A stretch of 64,000 nucleotides of DNA, taken from the NCBI GenBank assembly GCA_964532325.1, contig CAZHGS010000013.1:3396-67395 (forward strand), in the 5' to 3' direction. Positions 46,258 through 56,105 of the stretch are shown here, one piece after another. The DNA comes from an uncultured Gemmatimonadaceae bacterium (GTDB lineage Bacteria > Gemmatimonadota > Gemmatimonadetes > Longimicrobiales > Gaopeijiaceae). The notes below the pieces were generated by a model. That model did not search any database and had not been told where the DNA came from. It saw only the letters and a list, made by a program, of their open reading frames with translations. Both the position numbers and the translations under genes were made by a program. Position 1 is the stretch's first letter; each line of letters starts with the position of its first letter.

Positions 46258-47660
46258 CCGCCGGCACCGCCGTGCCGCGGGTTGCGCTCCCGCGCCGTGA
46301 TCCAGAGGCGGGCCTCGCGCTCAAGTGCCGCGGGCTCGTTGAGCGCCGGGTCACCGAGGGTCCTGTCAAGGAGGTGGCGGAGGAGGTCGCCGAATGCCGG
46401 CCCCGGCGCGAGCCCCAGCCTGATGAGATCGCGCCCGGAGAATGCAAGCTCGCCGACGGTGAGCGGAACGCCGGAACGCGCGATCGACCGAAGACGCCGG
46501 ATGAGTGCCGCGAGTTCGGGAGCCGGAGGCCACCCCCACCCCGACGTCCCGGCGGGATCCCCGTGCAACGCGGAGGCGCGTGCCGCGGCGATCCAGAGCC
46601 GGCAGAGGTCGGGGAGAGCGTCGCGTCCCGTCCGGGCGAGCCAGCGCCGGAGCTCCCCGGCGGTTGCCCCTCCGGCGGGCGGGCGGAGAATCCATGCGCT
46701 CCGGTGCGCCGTCCGGCGCACCATCGCATTCGAGGCACGCAACCGTTCGAGCAGTGCCGTGGACCGGCGCGCCGTTCGCTCCGCGGGGTCTGGCGCGCCC
46801 GCCTCCCCGCCATCCGGTCCCTCCGGCTCCCCGACGGCCTGGAGGAGCGCCGCCCAGCGACGGCGCGTCTGACCCGGCGGGCGCACCGGGAGGAGGTCAA
46901 CCGCGCGGAGAGAGTGCGAGTACCAGTCTCCCCGCGCCGCCCGCGAGAGCCCGACGAGCGCGGCGAGTTCGGGATAGAGGACCCTGAGCACTCCGGCGGC
47001 CGCATAGAGGCCGAGCGCCCCAGACGGGAAGGCGTCGTCCCTGAGAATCCGCTCCATCTCCTCGCGGATCCGCTCCGGCGAGAGATGCCGGGTCTGTTCC
47101 ACGGCTCCCGTCAGCGCCCGCCACGTCCCCTCCTCGATCCTGAAGCGGAACCGGCCCGCGAACCGAAGCGCTCTCAGGATCCTCAGGTAGTCTTCCCGGA
47201 ACCGTGCGACCGGATCCCCGACCGTCCTGAGAATGCCGCGCTCGAGATCGGCCCTCCCCTCGAACGGGTCGCGGAGCCGCCCGTCGAGCGGGTGCCACGC
47301 AACGGCGTTGATCGTGAAGTCGCGCCGCGCGAGATCCTCGTCGAGCGAATCGGAGAAGGCGACGACCGCATGGCGGCCGGTCGTCTCGACATCCCTCCGG
47401 AAGGTTGTGACCTCGTAGAGCGTTCCTCCGCTGTCGAGGACGCCAACAGTCCCGTGGGCCACCCCCACGGGGACCGTTCGGCGAAAGAGCGCCTGCACGT
47501 CGGCCGGGGTGGCCCGCGTGGTGAGGTCCCAATCCCCGGACGCCTTGCCGCGGAACCTGTCGCGGACCGCGCCCCCGACAGTCCAGGTCTCGAACCCTGC
47601 TTCCTCCAGGGTCCGGGCGATCCACCGGACCGCGGGCGGGACGGCGAGGGCCACCTTCAC
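46254..47660 (-). CDS. cca: CCA-adding enzyme / poly(A) polymerase family tRNA nucleotidyltransferase
   Basis: GGAVRDRFRGKASGDWDLTT, TFRRDVETTGRHA and RRDFTINAVA. GTGA overlap start at 47660, ATGA overlap with rarA at the 3' end. The track ORF is over-extended. Confidence 0.8.
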   Translation of the reverse strand: MKVALAVPPAVRWIARTLEEAGFETWTVGGAVRDRFRGKASGDWDLTTRATPADVQALFRRTVPVGVAHGTVGVLDSGGTLYEVTTFRRDVETTGRHAVVAFSDSLDEDLARRDFTINAVAWHPLDGRLRDPFEGRADLERGILRTVGDPVARFREDYLRILRALRFAGRFRFRIEEGTWRALTGAVEQTRHLSPERIREEMERILRDDAFPSGALGLYAAAGVLRVLYPELAALVGLSRAARGDWYSHSLRAVDLLPVRPPGQTRRRWAALLQAVGEPEGPDGGEAGAPDPAERTARRSTALLERLRASNAMVRRTAHRSAWILRPPAGGATAGELRRWLARTGRDALPDLCRLWIAAARASALHGDPAGTSGWGWPPAPELAALIRRLRSIARSGVPLTVGELAFSGRDLIRLGLAPGPAFGDLLRHLLDRTLGDPALNEPAALEREARLWITARERNPRHGGAGG

Positions 47661-48487
47661 CGAGCAGGGGCCGCCGCGGGGCGGTCCGTACAGGGGAGCT
47701 CCCGATCCCACTCGACGGGGGGCACCGGGAGCGGATCCTCCCCCCGGCAGATCCTCCCCGGGTTCGTGGCGGTCAGAAGCATCCAGACGTCTTCCGCCCC
47801 GCGCAGTCGGAACGCCGCGCGGGCGGCCCCGATGTAGAGCCTGAGATGGGGCCGGCAGTGGAAATCGGTGGCGAGGCAGTCTACCCACCCCCGGGAGAGA
47901 AGGCGCGCGGCGTTCGCGCGCGCCCGGCGACCGTAGCGGCCAGCCAGGGACCCGTAGTTCACTTGGAGGAACGCACCCTCCTCCCGCCATGCTCCGGGCA
48001 GCCCCGGACGGCCGCGGTAGCCCCGATAGCGCTCCGGATGCGCGACGAGCGGCCGCACGCCCTGCGAGCCGAGCGAGCGGAGTATTGAGAGGGTCCCGGA
48101 GGAGGGGACCCGCAGATATGGCCACTCCACGAGAACGGCGTCGGAGCGGTCCAGCCGTATCCTCGCATCGGAGAGGTCGGGGTCCGCCACATCCAGGCTG
48201 ACCTCGTGCCCCCGAAGGAAGCGGATCCCGGGAAAGGCGTCCCGCACCTCGCGCCGGCCATCTCCGTAAGCGTCGTCCACACGGCCGAGGAAGTCTTCGA
48301 GCCAGCCCCGGCTCCGGGTCATGCTCCCGTCGAGGTGCGGGGTCGTGACGATGGTCCGGACACCGCGCTCCACCATCCGGCCGACCCCGTCCCGGACGGC
48401 CTTGAGCGACCTCGCTCCGTCGTCGACGCGTGGTACGAGGTGGGAGTGCAGGTCGAAGATGGGGGATGCGGCCACAGGGAGGGTCAA
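47657..48487 (-). CDS. PHP-domain protein-tyrosine phosphatase (CpsB/CapC/YwqE family)
   Basis: IFDLHSHLVPRVDDG and TPHL blocks. Later H/D metal ligands (VAHPERY, TDFH). Start is TTG 48487 or GTG 48475. Confidence 0.7.
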   Translation of the reverse strand: MTLPVAASPIFDLHSHLVPRVDDGARSLKAVRDGVGRMVERGVRTIVTTPHLDGSMTRSRGWLEDFLGRVDDAYGDGRREVRDAFPGIRFLRGHEVSLDVADPDLSDARIRLDRSDAVLVEWPYLRVPSSGTLSILRSLGSQGVRPLVAHPERYRGYRGRPGLPGAWREEGAFLQVNYGSLAGRYGRRARANAARLLSRGWVDCLATDFHCRPHLRLYIGAARAAFRLRGAEDVWMLLTATNPGRICRGEDPLPVPPVEWDRELPCTDRPAAAPAR

Positions 48488-48489
48488 CG

Positions 48490-48783
48490 CTATCCCGGGG
48501 TGCCCCCGGCGGCGAGCCTCCCGATCAATTCCCTCATGCGGGCCGCGGGCTCGTCAGCCGCGAGGTGGCGGTCGACCGCCCCGGTCATGAGCGCGTCCGC
48601 CGCGAGGAGCGCGAACGCGGTTTCCCGCGATCGACCCCGCCGTGCGACCGCATCGGCGAGGGCGCGGAACGCACCGTCAGCCAGCGCATCCGCCCCGGTA
48701 CCGCGATCGACCCCGCCGTACCGGTCCATCCAGTCACGGAGTTCCGCGGGCACACCCGAAGCGCGCGATCTCTCCCGGTTCAC
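48490..48783 (-). CDS. Small hypothetical protein (97 aa), translationally coupled to alaS
   Basis: GTGA start/stop overlap with alaS, and its stop lies 2 nt before the next gene. Third-position GC is similar to its neighbours. Ala-rich helical sequence with no recognisable family. Confidence 0.4.
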   Translation of the reverse strand: MNRERSRASGVPAELRDWMDRYGGVDRGTGADALADGAFRALADAVARRGRSRETAFALLAADALMTGAVDRHLAADEPAARMRELIGRLAAGGTPG

Positions 48784-51515
48784 GTCGACCCGCCCTCCAG
48801 AACCCGGCTGAGCACGGCCTCGCCGCCCAGGAGTGCCGCCTCAAGCCGGTTCGGATCCCCAATTCCGCCCTGCGCCATGTGTGGCCGGCCCCCACCCCGG
48901 CCCCCGGCCAGGGCCGCGATCTCGCGCACCATGCTCCCGGCCGAAACACCGATCCGGATCAGATCGTCCGTAACGAAAACGAAGAGGGTGATTCGCCCGT
49001 CCGGCGTTTCGCTGGCGAGCGCGAGGAGCGCGGCGGATTCCCGTCCGCGGAACGCGTCCCCGTACGCCCTGGCGTCACGGGCATCCTTGACCCTGAGCCG
49101 AAGCGCACGGTACGTGACGCGTCCGCCATCGGGAGAGGGAAGTTCGGCCTGGTGGACGGGCGTACCCGTTCCGCCCCCGCCGCGGCGGAGCTCGGCGAGG
49201 AGCTCCTCAAGCTCCGCACGTTCACCGAGGAGTTCCTCGATCCGGCGGCTGACCCGCTCCCGGGGCACCTTCACGAGCGCCGAGATACGCTCAAGTTCCC
49301 GCTCCGCCCGGCGAAGATGCGCGAAGGCAGCTGGTCCGGTCAGCGCTTCGACTCTCCGCACCCCGGCGGCGACCCCGGCTTCGCGCACGATTACGAAGAG
49401 GCCGGCCTCGCCCGTATGCCGGAGGTGGGTGCCCCCGCAGAGCTCAATGCTGACTCCCGGGATTTCCACGATCCTGACCTCGGCCCCGTACTTCTCCCCG
49501 AAGAGGGCCATTGCACCCCGCTCGAGCGCATCCTCCCTCGTCGAGATCTCCCAGCGAACCGGATGATCCGCCCAGATGCCCCCGTTCACCTCTCTCTCCA
49601 CCGCCCGGATCTCGTCCTTCGTGAGAGGCTGCGGATGGGAGAAGTCGAAGCGGAGGCGTTCGGGACCGACGAGGGAGCCGCGCTGCGTGACATGGTCGCC
49701 CAAGATCTGTCGGAGTGCGGTGTGGAGGAGGTGCGTGGCCGTGTGGTTCCGTTCGGTGTCGTGCCGAACCGCGGGGGTGACCTCGGCTGTCACCCGAATC
49801 CCGGCACCGGATGCGCGGCCCGGGTCTAGCAACGGAAACTCGCCCTCAGGCCGTCCGGCAACGGCCGTCCGGCCAGCCACCCGGCCGACCTCATCCACCC
49901 GGAGCATCCATCCCTCCCCCATCACCCGGCCGGTGTCGGAGACCTGTCCGCCCGCCTCGGCGTAGAACGGGTTCTCCGCGAGGAGGAGGCCCACGCGATC
50001 GGTGTCCCCCGTCAGGGCGACGACCCGCGTTTTAGCGCTGGTCGCCTCCCACCCGACCCACTCCTGCTCACGCAGGGGATCGAGAATTGTCCACATGTCG
50101 AGATCGGGCACGAGCACGGACGCGTCCACTGCCCCCTTGCGGTCCGCCCGGCTCTGGGCACGCTGCCCCTCGAGCGCGGCGCGAAAGCCTTCTCGGTCCA
50201 CCTCGTATCCCCGCTCACGCGCCATGACCTGCGTCAGGTCGAGGGGGAAGCCGTAGGTGTCGTAAAGGCGGAACGCCTCGGCGCCGTCGATCACGCCGGG
50301 CCCGGCCGGCCGGCCGTCTCCCGCGCCTGCGACGGCGTCCACCCGCGCCTGGGAAAGCGCGGGCGCGATCCGGTCGAAGCGCTCCATGCCGGCCTCGATC
50401 GTCAGCATGAACCGCTCTTCCTCGGAACGGGTCGTTCTTAGGATGGACTCCCCCCGCTCCGTGAGTTCCGGATAGGTACCGGACATGCACCGGATGACCT
50501 CGTCAACCACCTCGACGAGCGCCGGCTCCCGCAGGCCGAGAAGCCAAGCGTGGCGTACCGCGCGCCGGAGGATCCGGCGGAGCACATAGCCCCGGCCCTC
50601 GCTCGACGGGAATACCCCGTCGGCAAGGAGGAAGGCCACGGCGCGCGCGTGATCCGCCAGCACCCGGTAGCTAACGCTCTCCGGGTCTCCCGCATCGTAG
50701 CCACGGCCCACGACGTGGCCGACCCGATCAAGGAGCGGCAGGAAGAGATCGGTGTGATAGTTGGAGGCCACGCCCTGAAGCACCGCGGCTATCCGCTCGA
50801 GCCCGAGCCCCGTGTCGATCGAGGGAGAAGGGAGGGGTCGCGCGACCCCGGCGGCGTCCCGGTCAAACTGCATGAAGACGAGGTTCCAGAGCTCGACGAT
50901 CTCGCCCGCGTCGCCAAGCGCGCAGAACGCCTCCGTGGTCAGGACGCTCCGGTCCCCATCCGCCCGCCGGTCGTAGTGCAGCTCCGAGCACGGTCCACAC
51001 GGCCCCGTGTCGGCCATCTGCCAGAAGTTGTCCTCGTCGCCGAGCCGGAAGATCCGGGCGGGATCCAGCCCGGCCACCTCCTGCCAGAGCCCGTGGGCCT
51101 CGTCGTCTGTATGGTGCACCGTCGCGAAGATGCGGTTTGGCTCGAGGCCAAATTCACCGGTCAGCAGCTCCCACGCGTACCCGATCGCCTCACGCTTGAA
51201 GTAGTCCCCGAACGAGAAGTTACCGAGCATCTCGAAGAACGTGTGGTGGCGCGCCGTGACGCCGACTTCCTCGAGATCGTTGTGCTTGCCGCCGGCACGC
51301 ACACACTTCTGCGCCGTGACCGCCCTGGGCCGGGCAGTCTCCTCGACCCCTTGGAACACCCCCTTGAACTGGACCATACCGGCATTCGTGAAGAGAAGGG
51401 TCGGATCGTCGGACGGGACGAGCGACGAACTCGCGACAGGCTCGTGCCCCCGCACCGCAAAGAACTCCACAAACCCCTGCCTGATCGAGGAAGCTGTCAT
51501 GGGGGATCGCATCAC
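48780..51515 (-). CDS. alaS: Alanine--tRNA ligase
   Basis: IRQGFVEFFAVRGHEPVASSSLVP, FTNAGMVQFK, RHHTFFEMLGNFSFGDYFK, editing-domain HTATHLLH and CGGTH, C-terminal DHHA1-like GGGRPHMAQGG. Confidence 0.95.
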   Translation of the reverse strand: MMRSPMTASSIRQGFVEFFAVRGHEPVASSSLVPSDDPTLLFTNAGMVQFKGVFQGVEETARPRAVTAQKCVRAGGKHNDLEEVGVTARHHTFFEMLGNFSFGDYFKREAIGYAWELLTGEFGLEPNRIFATVHHTDDEAHGLWQEVAGLDPARIFRLGDEDNFWQMADTGPCGPCSELHYDRRADGDRSVLTTEAFCALGDAGEIVELWNLVFMQFDRDAAGVARPLPSPSIDTGLGLERIAAVLQGVASNYHTDLFLPLLDRVGHVVGRGYDAGDPESVSYRVLADHARAVAFLLADGVFPSSEGRGYVLRRILRRAVRHAWLLGLREPALVEVVDEVIRCMSGTYPELTERGESILRTTRSEEERFMLTIEAGMERFDRIAPALSQARVDAVAGAGDGRPAGPGVIDGAEAFRLYDTYGFPLDLTQVMARERGYEVDREGFRAALEGQRAQSRADRKGAVDASVLVPDLDMWTILDPLREQEWVGWEATSAKTRVVALTGDTDRVGLLLAENPFYAEAGGQVSDTGRVMGEGWMLRVDEVGRVAGRTAVAGRPEGEFPLLDPGRASGAGIRVTAEVTPAVRHDTERNHTATHLLHTALRQILGDHVTQRGSLVGPERLRFDFSHPQPLTKDEIRAVEREVNGGIWADHPVRWEISTREDALERGAMALFGEKYGAEVRIVEIPGVSIELCGGTHLRHTGEAGLFVIVREAGVAAGVRRVEALTGPAAFAHLRRAERELERISALVKVPRERVSRRIEELLGERAELEELLAELRRGGGGTGTPVHQAELPSPDGGRVTYRALRLRVKDARDARAYGDAFRGRESAALLALASETPDGRITLFVFVTDDLIRIGVSAGSMVREIAALAGGRGGGRPHMAQGGIGDPNRLEAALLGGEAVLSRVLEGGST

Positions 51516-51593
51516 CGCCGAGGGACCAGATCCCCCCGCAGGGTATTCTACATCCCGGCAGGGGAGGGATTTCGGGAAGTCTGCCGGTATGCC

Positions 51594-51606
51594 GGGGGGG
51601 GGGGGG
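51594..51606. repeat. G13 (C13 on the alaS strand) homopolymer tract
   Basis: Counted directly: G at 51594-51606. Lies in the recA-alaS spacer about 80 nt upstream of the alaS start. Confidence 0.9.
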
Positions 51607-51636
51607 AGTATAACGCGGCTGGCGCGGCGACTTCAA
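51607..51636 (-). promoter_or_regulatory. Sigma70-like promoter candidate for alaS (TTGAAG-N18-TATACT)
   Basis: On the minus strand, TTGAAG (51636-51631), an 18-nt spacer, then TATACT (51612-51607), immediately followed by the C13 tract. Confidence 0.45.
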
Positions 51637-51725
51637 GCAAGCGCGGACGCGCGCATCCGCACCCAGTCACCCCCCTCAGGACGCGGCACGCTTCCGGCGG
51701 TCAGCATGCGGCAGCGAGGGCGGCC

Positions 51726-52790
51726 TCAGCTCGCCGGGATCGGAGCCCCGGCGACGGCATCCACTGTGAGACCGAGCAGCTTCCGGAGCCGCTCCTCGAC
51801 CTCCTCGGTCACGTCCGGGTTCTCGGTGAGGAACCGGCGGGCGTTCTCCTTCCCCTGCCCGAGCCGGAGATCCCCGTACGAGTACCAAGCGCCCGACTTC
51901 CTGAGGACACCCTTCTCCGCGCCGAGATCGATCAGGAGGCCCGAGTGCGAGACGCCCTCGTCGTACATGATGTCGAACTCGGCCTGCTTGAAGGGCGGCG
52001 AGCACTTGTTCTTGACCACTTTCACGCGTGTCCGGTTGCCGACGATATCCGCTCCGTCCTTAACGGCACCGATCCGGCGAATATCCAGCCTGACCGAGGC
52101 GTAGAATTTGAGCGCCCGCCCCCCGGACGTGGTCTCGGGGTTACCGAACATGACACCGACCTTCTCGCGGATCTGGTTCGTGAAGATGACAGAGGTCTGT
52201 GAGCGGTTGACGGCTCCGGTGAGCTTGCGAAGCGCCTGGCTCATCAGCCTGGCCTGGAGCCCCACGTGCGTGTCACCCATCTCGCCCTCGATCTCGGCAC
52301 GCGGCACCAGCGCCGCGACGGAGTCGATCACCACAACGTCGACCGCGTTCGAGCGGATCAGCATCTCGGCAATCTCGAGCGCCTGCTCACCCGTATCGGG
52401 CTGGGACACGAGTAGCCCGTCCACATCTACGCCCAGCTTGCGGGCATACTGGACGTCGAGGGCATGCTCGGCATCGATGAAGGCCGCGATCCCGTCCGCC
52501 TTCTGGGCGTTGGCGATCACGTGGAGACAGAGCGTCGTCTTGCCAGAGGACTCCGGCCCGAAGATCTCGACGATCCGGCCCCGCGGGATCCCTCCGATCC
52601 CGATCGCCGCATCCAGGTTGAGCGCGCCCGTGGGGATCGCATCGAGCTCGACGCGAGCACCCTCGACCCCGAGTCGCATGATCGCACCCTTACCGTACGC
52701 GCGCTCGATCTGGGTCAGCGCCGTCGCCAGATCCTTCTTGCGCTGCTCCCGCTTCCTCTCGCCGTTCAACTCCGCCGCTGCCCGTCGCAT
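51726..52790 (-). CDS. recA: Recombinase A
   Basis: [45 protein letters not shown], and L1/L2 loop regions ([24 protein letters not shown]). Confidence 0.95.
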   Translation of the reverse strand: MRRAAAELNGERKREQRKKDLATALTQIERAYGKGAIMRLGVEGARVELDAIPTGALNLDAAIGIGGIPRGRIVEIFGPESSGKTTLCLHVIANAQKADGIAAFIDAEHALDVQYARKLGVDVDGLLVSQPDTGEQALEIAEMLIRSNAVDVVVIDSVAALVPRAEIEGEMGDTHVGLQARLMSQALRKLTGAVNRSQTSVIFTNQIREKVGVMFGNPETTSGGRALKFYASVRLDIRRIGAVKDGADIVGNRTRVKVVKNKCSPPFKQAEFDIMYDEGVSHSGLLIDLGAEKGVLRKSGAWYSYGDLRLGQGKENARRFLTENPDVTEEVEERLRKLLGLTVDAVAGAPIPAS

Positions 52791-53107
52791 GTCGTGTCTC
52801 CCGTATGACGTGCCAATGCCCGTCTGTATAGCCCTTCCGCCCGGCTCCGCGCCACTCCCGGACCAGAGAGACCTCCGAGGCGCAGGGAAACGGGCCGTTC
52901 ATCTGGTTCCGACCGGAATATACCGGTACCGAAGATAACGCGAAAGGATCCGGTTTCCCACGCCGCATCCTATTCTGTGGGGGAAACGTCGAAACGCCTC
53001 CGGCCCGTACCCACCGAGGCGGCGCCCCCGGGCGCAGGTAGGCGGGCGCCTGGGATCGGGTTCGGTGTTGCCGGCGCTATTCGGGAGGACTGGAGGCGCG
53101 GAGGCCC

Positions 53108-54520
53108 ATGCCGACGAAGGAATTCGACCTAATCGCGATCGGGGGCGGTACGGCGGGACTCGTCTCCGCCTCCGGGGGCGCCTATCTCGGCGCACGGGTG
53201 GCGCTGGTCGAGAAGCACAGGCTGGGCGGCGACTGTCTCTGGACGGGGTGCGTCCCATCGAAGGCACTCCTTGCCGCGGCCCGGAGCGCGGAGGAGGCCA
53301 GAAGGGGAGAGCGGCTTGGCCTGCCTCTTCTCACGGTTACCCCGCACTTTGGCGACGTGATCACCCGGGTCCGGCGTGCCCGCGCGCTCGTGGCCAAGCA
53401 CGACGAACCGGACCGGATCCGGGCACGCGGGATCGATGTCTGCTTCGGACTGGCGCGCTTCACCGGACCGGGGACGGTCGACGTGGAGGGCGTCGGGACG
53501 CTCCACTCGAAGAGAATCGTCCTCGCGACCGGCGCCCGCCCGGCGATTCCCCCGATTCCAGGTCTCGGGGAGGCGGGGTACCTGACCCATGAGACAGCGT
53601 TCGACCAAGACACGCTTCCGGCATCCATCGTGATCCTGGGGGCCGGCCCCATCGGCCTCGAGTTCGCTCAGGCCTACCGGCGCCTCGGGGCGGAGGTGAC
53701 GGTGATCGAGCGCCTTGGGGAGGCGTTGCCGCTCGACGACCCGGAGGCGGCGGGCGTCGTTCGCCGGATGCTTGAGGTGGAGGGGGTGCGGTTCTCCTTT
53801 GGCACTATGGCCTCGGCGGTCGAGAAAGAGGAGGGGAGCGTCCGTGTGCTCGCCGCTGACGGGCGGGAGTTCCGCGCGGAATCGATCTTCGTGGCGACGG
53901 GCAGACGTCCCAACATCAGGGGGCTCGAGCTCGCGCGGGGAGACGTCGACGTCACCCGGGGTGCAGTCCGGGTGGATGCGCGCCTCCGGACGACAGCCCG
54001 GGGCGTCTGGGCCGCCGGAGACGTGACGGGAGGGCCCCAGTTCACGCATGCGGCGGACGCGATGGCGAAGACCGTCGTCCGCAACGCCCTACTTCCCCTC
54101 TCTTCGAAATCCGACCTCTCGAATGTTCCGCGGGTCACGTACACCGACCCGGAAATCGCCCACGTGGGCCTCTCCCACACGGAGGCTGCGGCCCGGGACG
54201 CACAGGTCTACCGCTACGAGTTCGGGGACCTCGACCGGGCGATCGCCGATGGCGCCACGGCGGGGTTCACCAAGATCTCGGCAGACCAGCGCGGACGGAT
54301 CCTCGGCGCGACGGTCGTGGCGCGAAGCGCCGGAGAGCTCCTCGTGCCAGTGGTGTTGGCAAGGCGCCACGGCCTTCGCCTGGCTGACATCTCGGCAACG
54401 ATATTCCCCTACCCGACAATGGCCGAGGGACTCAAGCGCACGGCGGATGCCTACCAGCGCGGACGGCTTGCGGGAACGGCCGGGAAGGTGCTTCGGGGAG
54501 TGGTCCGGTGGCTGAAGTAA
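53108..54520 (+). CDS. Pyridine nucleotide-disulfide oxidoreductase, mercuric reductase/dihydrolipoamide dehydrogenase-like
   Basis: FDLIAIGGGTAGL FAD motif, redox disulfide GGDCLWTGCVPSK, second Rossmann ILGAGPIGLEFA, C-terminal dimerisation domain (IFPYPTMAEGL). Confidence 0.85.
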   Translation: MPTKEFDLIAIGGGTAGLVSASGGAYLGARVALVEKHRLGGDCLWTGCVPSKALLAAARSAEEARRGERLGLPLLTVTPHFGDVITRVRRARALVAKHDEPDRIRARGIDVCFGLARFTGPGTVDVEGVGTLHSKRIVLATGARPAIPPIPGLGEAGYLTHETAFDQDTLPASIVILGAGPIGLEFAQAYRRLGAEVTVIERLGEALPLDDPEAAGVVRRMLEVEGVRFSFGTMASAVEKEEGSVRVLAADGREFRAESIFVATGRRPNIRGLELARGDVDVTRGAVRVDARLRTTARGVWAAGDVTGGPQFTHAADAMAKTVVRNALLPLSSKSDLSNVPRVTYTDPEIAHVGLSHTEAAARDAQVYRYEFGDLDRAIADGATAGFTKISADQRGRILGATVVARSAGELLVPVVLARRHGLRLADISATIFPYPTMAEGLKRTADAYQRGRLAGTAGKVLRGVVRWLK

Positions 54521-55392
54521 CCGGGGCCGGAGCTCGGCTGCGTCTCGGAGTCCTCGTGCTCCTGATCGTCGCGGGCGTTCTCCTCCTCAGGCTCACGCCC
54601 GCGGGCGAACTCCTCTCGCGTGAGGGGATCTTCAGCGTGATCTCCTACCTGCGCTCTTCCTCCTGGGCGCCCGTCCTCTTCGTCGCGATCTACGCTGCGG
54701 CCGTGGCGCTCGCCATCCCGGGAACGATCCTCACGCTGACCGGCGGGGCAGTGTTCGGGTTCTGGGGTGGCGTGCTCCTGAACTCGGTTGGGGCGAACAT
54801 CGGCGCGAATCTCGCCTTCGCACTTTCGCGGAGTCTGGGAAGGAGCGGGATCCGGGGGCTCCTCAGGGGCGAAAACCTCCAGCGTCACATGCGCCGCCTC
54901 GACGCGGTTGCCGGGCGTCACGGCTTCCGGGGGCTCCTCGTGCTTCGACTGATCCCGGCCGTCCCCTTCAATGTCCTCAACTTCGGTTCAGGGCTCACGG
55001 CGATGAGGTGGAAGGCATACGCGGGCGCCACAGCTCTCGGGATCATCCCGGGGACGGCCGTCTACACGCTCTTCGCGGACGCGCTCCTGCAGGGCTCCCA
55101 GGAGGCTTCCCGGACGGCGTTCGGACGCGTGCTTCTGGCGGGTGTGCTCCTAGCTGCCCTCACGCTGATCCCGGCCATCCTGAAGAAGCGCGGGATCTCG
55201 CTGCCCGGAAGCGCGGGGGCACTGGTCCTCCTCGCGATCCTCCCCCGGACGGCGGAGACCGCGTCATCCGCCTTTTCCGGGGTGCCGGAGCCCGCCGCCG
55301 TGTGTGGAGCTCCGCTCGCGGAAGAGGAGCGCACGACTGGGTCACCGGGAGAGGCGCTACTGGGGGATCGGCGGGACATCCGACTCCGTTGA
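54508..55392 (+). CDS. TVP38/TMEM64 (DedA superfamily) membrane protein
   Basis: 13-nt overlap with the upstream oxidoreductase. IPGTILTLTGGAVFG and LRLIPAVPFNVLNFGSGLT are family blocks. Confidence 0.8.
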   Translation: MAEVTGAGARLRLGVLVLLIVAGVLLLRLTPAGELLSREGIFSVISYLRSSSWAPVLFVAIYAAAVALAIPGTILTLTGGAVFGFWGGVLLNSVGANIGANLAFALSRSLGRSGIRGLLRGENLQRHMRRLDAVAGRHGFRGLLVLRLIPAVPFNVLNFGSGLTAMRWKAYAGATALGIIPGTAVYTLFADALLQGSQEASRTAFGRVLLAGVLLAALTLIPAILKKRGISLPGSAGALVLLAILPRTAETASSAFSGVPEPAAVCGAPLAEEERTTGSPGEALLGDRRDIRLR

Positions 55393-56105
55393 TTTCCAAG
55401 GGATGCGAGGCCGCCCCCCCCGAGCTCGGGGTCGTGATCCCGACGCTCGACGAGGAGGAGACGCTCCCGCGCCTGCTCGAGGATCTCGACGCCCTCGCGG
55501 TTCCCGTGGAGGTCATCGTCGCCGACGGCGGCTCCCGGGACCGGACGCTGGAGGCGGCCCGGAAGCGCGGTGCGCGGACGGTCCGCACGAGTGCGGGCCG
55601 GGGCCGCCAGATGAACGCCGGCGCGAGAACGCTCGCTTCGCCCTGGATCCTCTTCCTCCACGCGGACTCCCGCATGCCGAGCGAGACGCGGGACGCGCTC
55701 CTCGGCTGGCTCCGCTCACCCGCCTCCGCCGAAGCAGCGCACTTCACGTTCCGGCTCGACAGGGACGGACTCGGGTGGAGCCTGATCGAGCGCGGACAGC
55801 GAATCCGGGAGCGGCTCACCGGGCTCACCTACGGAGACCAGGGACTCCTCATCTCCCGCACGCGATACGAGGCCGTGGGCGGCTTCCCGGAAATCCCGGT
55901 CATGGAGGACGTCGAGGTGGTCCGGCGGTTGCGCCGGGACGGAGGCCTCGACCGGATCGGTGCCCCCCTCATCACGAGCGCGAGGCGCTACGAGAGCGAG
56001 GGACCCGTTCGTGCCTGCCTTCGGAATCTCGGGCTCATTCTCCTCTACTGCCTCTCCATGCGGCCCGACCGGCTCGCCCGCTGGTATCGGCCCAGATGTG
56101 GATAG
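55389..56105 (+). CDS. Family 2 glycosyltransferase of the rSAM/selenodomain-associated transferase 2 type (TIGR04283-like)
   Basis: LGVVIPTLDEEETLPRLL, VIVADGGSRDRT, LFLHADSRMP, YGDQGLLISR, PVMEDVE. Start is uncertain: TTG 55389 overlaps the upstream TGA. Confidence 0.7.
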   Translation: MISKGCEAAPPELGVVIPTLDEEETLPRLLEDLDALAVPVEVIVADGGSRDRTLEAARKRGARTVRTSAGRGRQMNAGARTLASPWILFLHADSRMPSETRDALLGWLRSPASAEAAHFTFRLDRDGLGWSLIERGQRIRERLTGLTYGDQGLLISRTRYEAVGGFPEIPVMEDVEVVRRLRRDGGLDRIGAPLITSARRYESEGPVRACLRNLGLILLYCLSMRPDRLARWYRPRCG

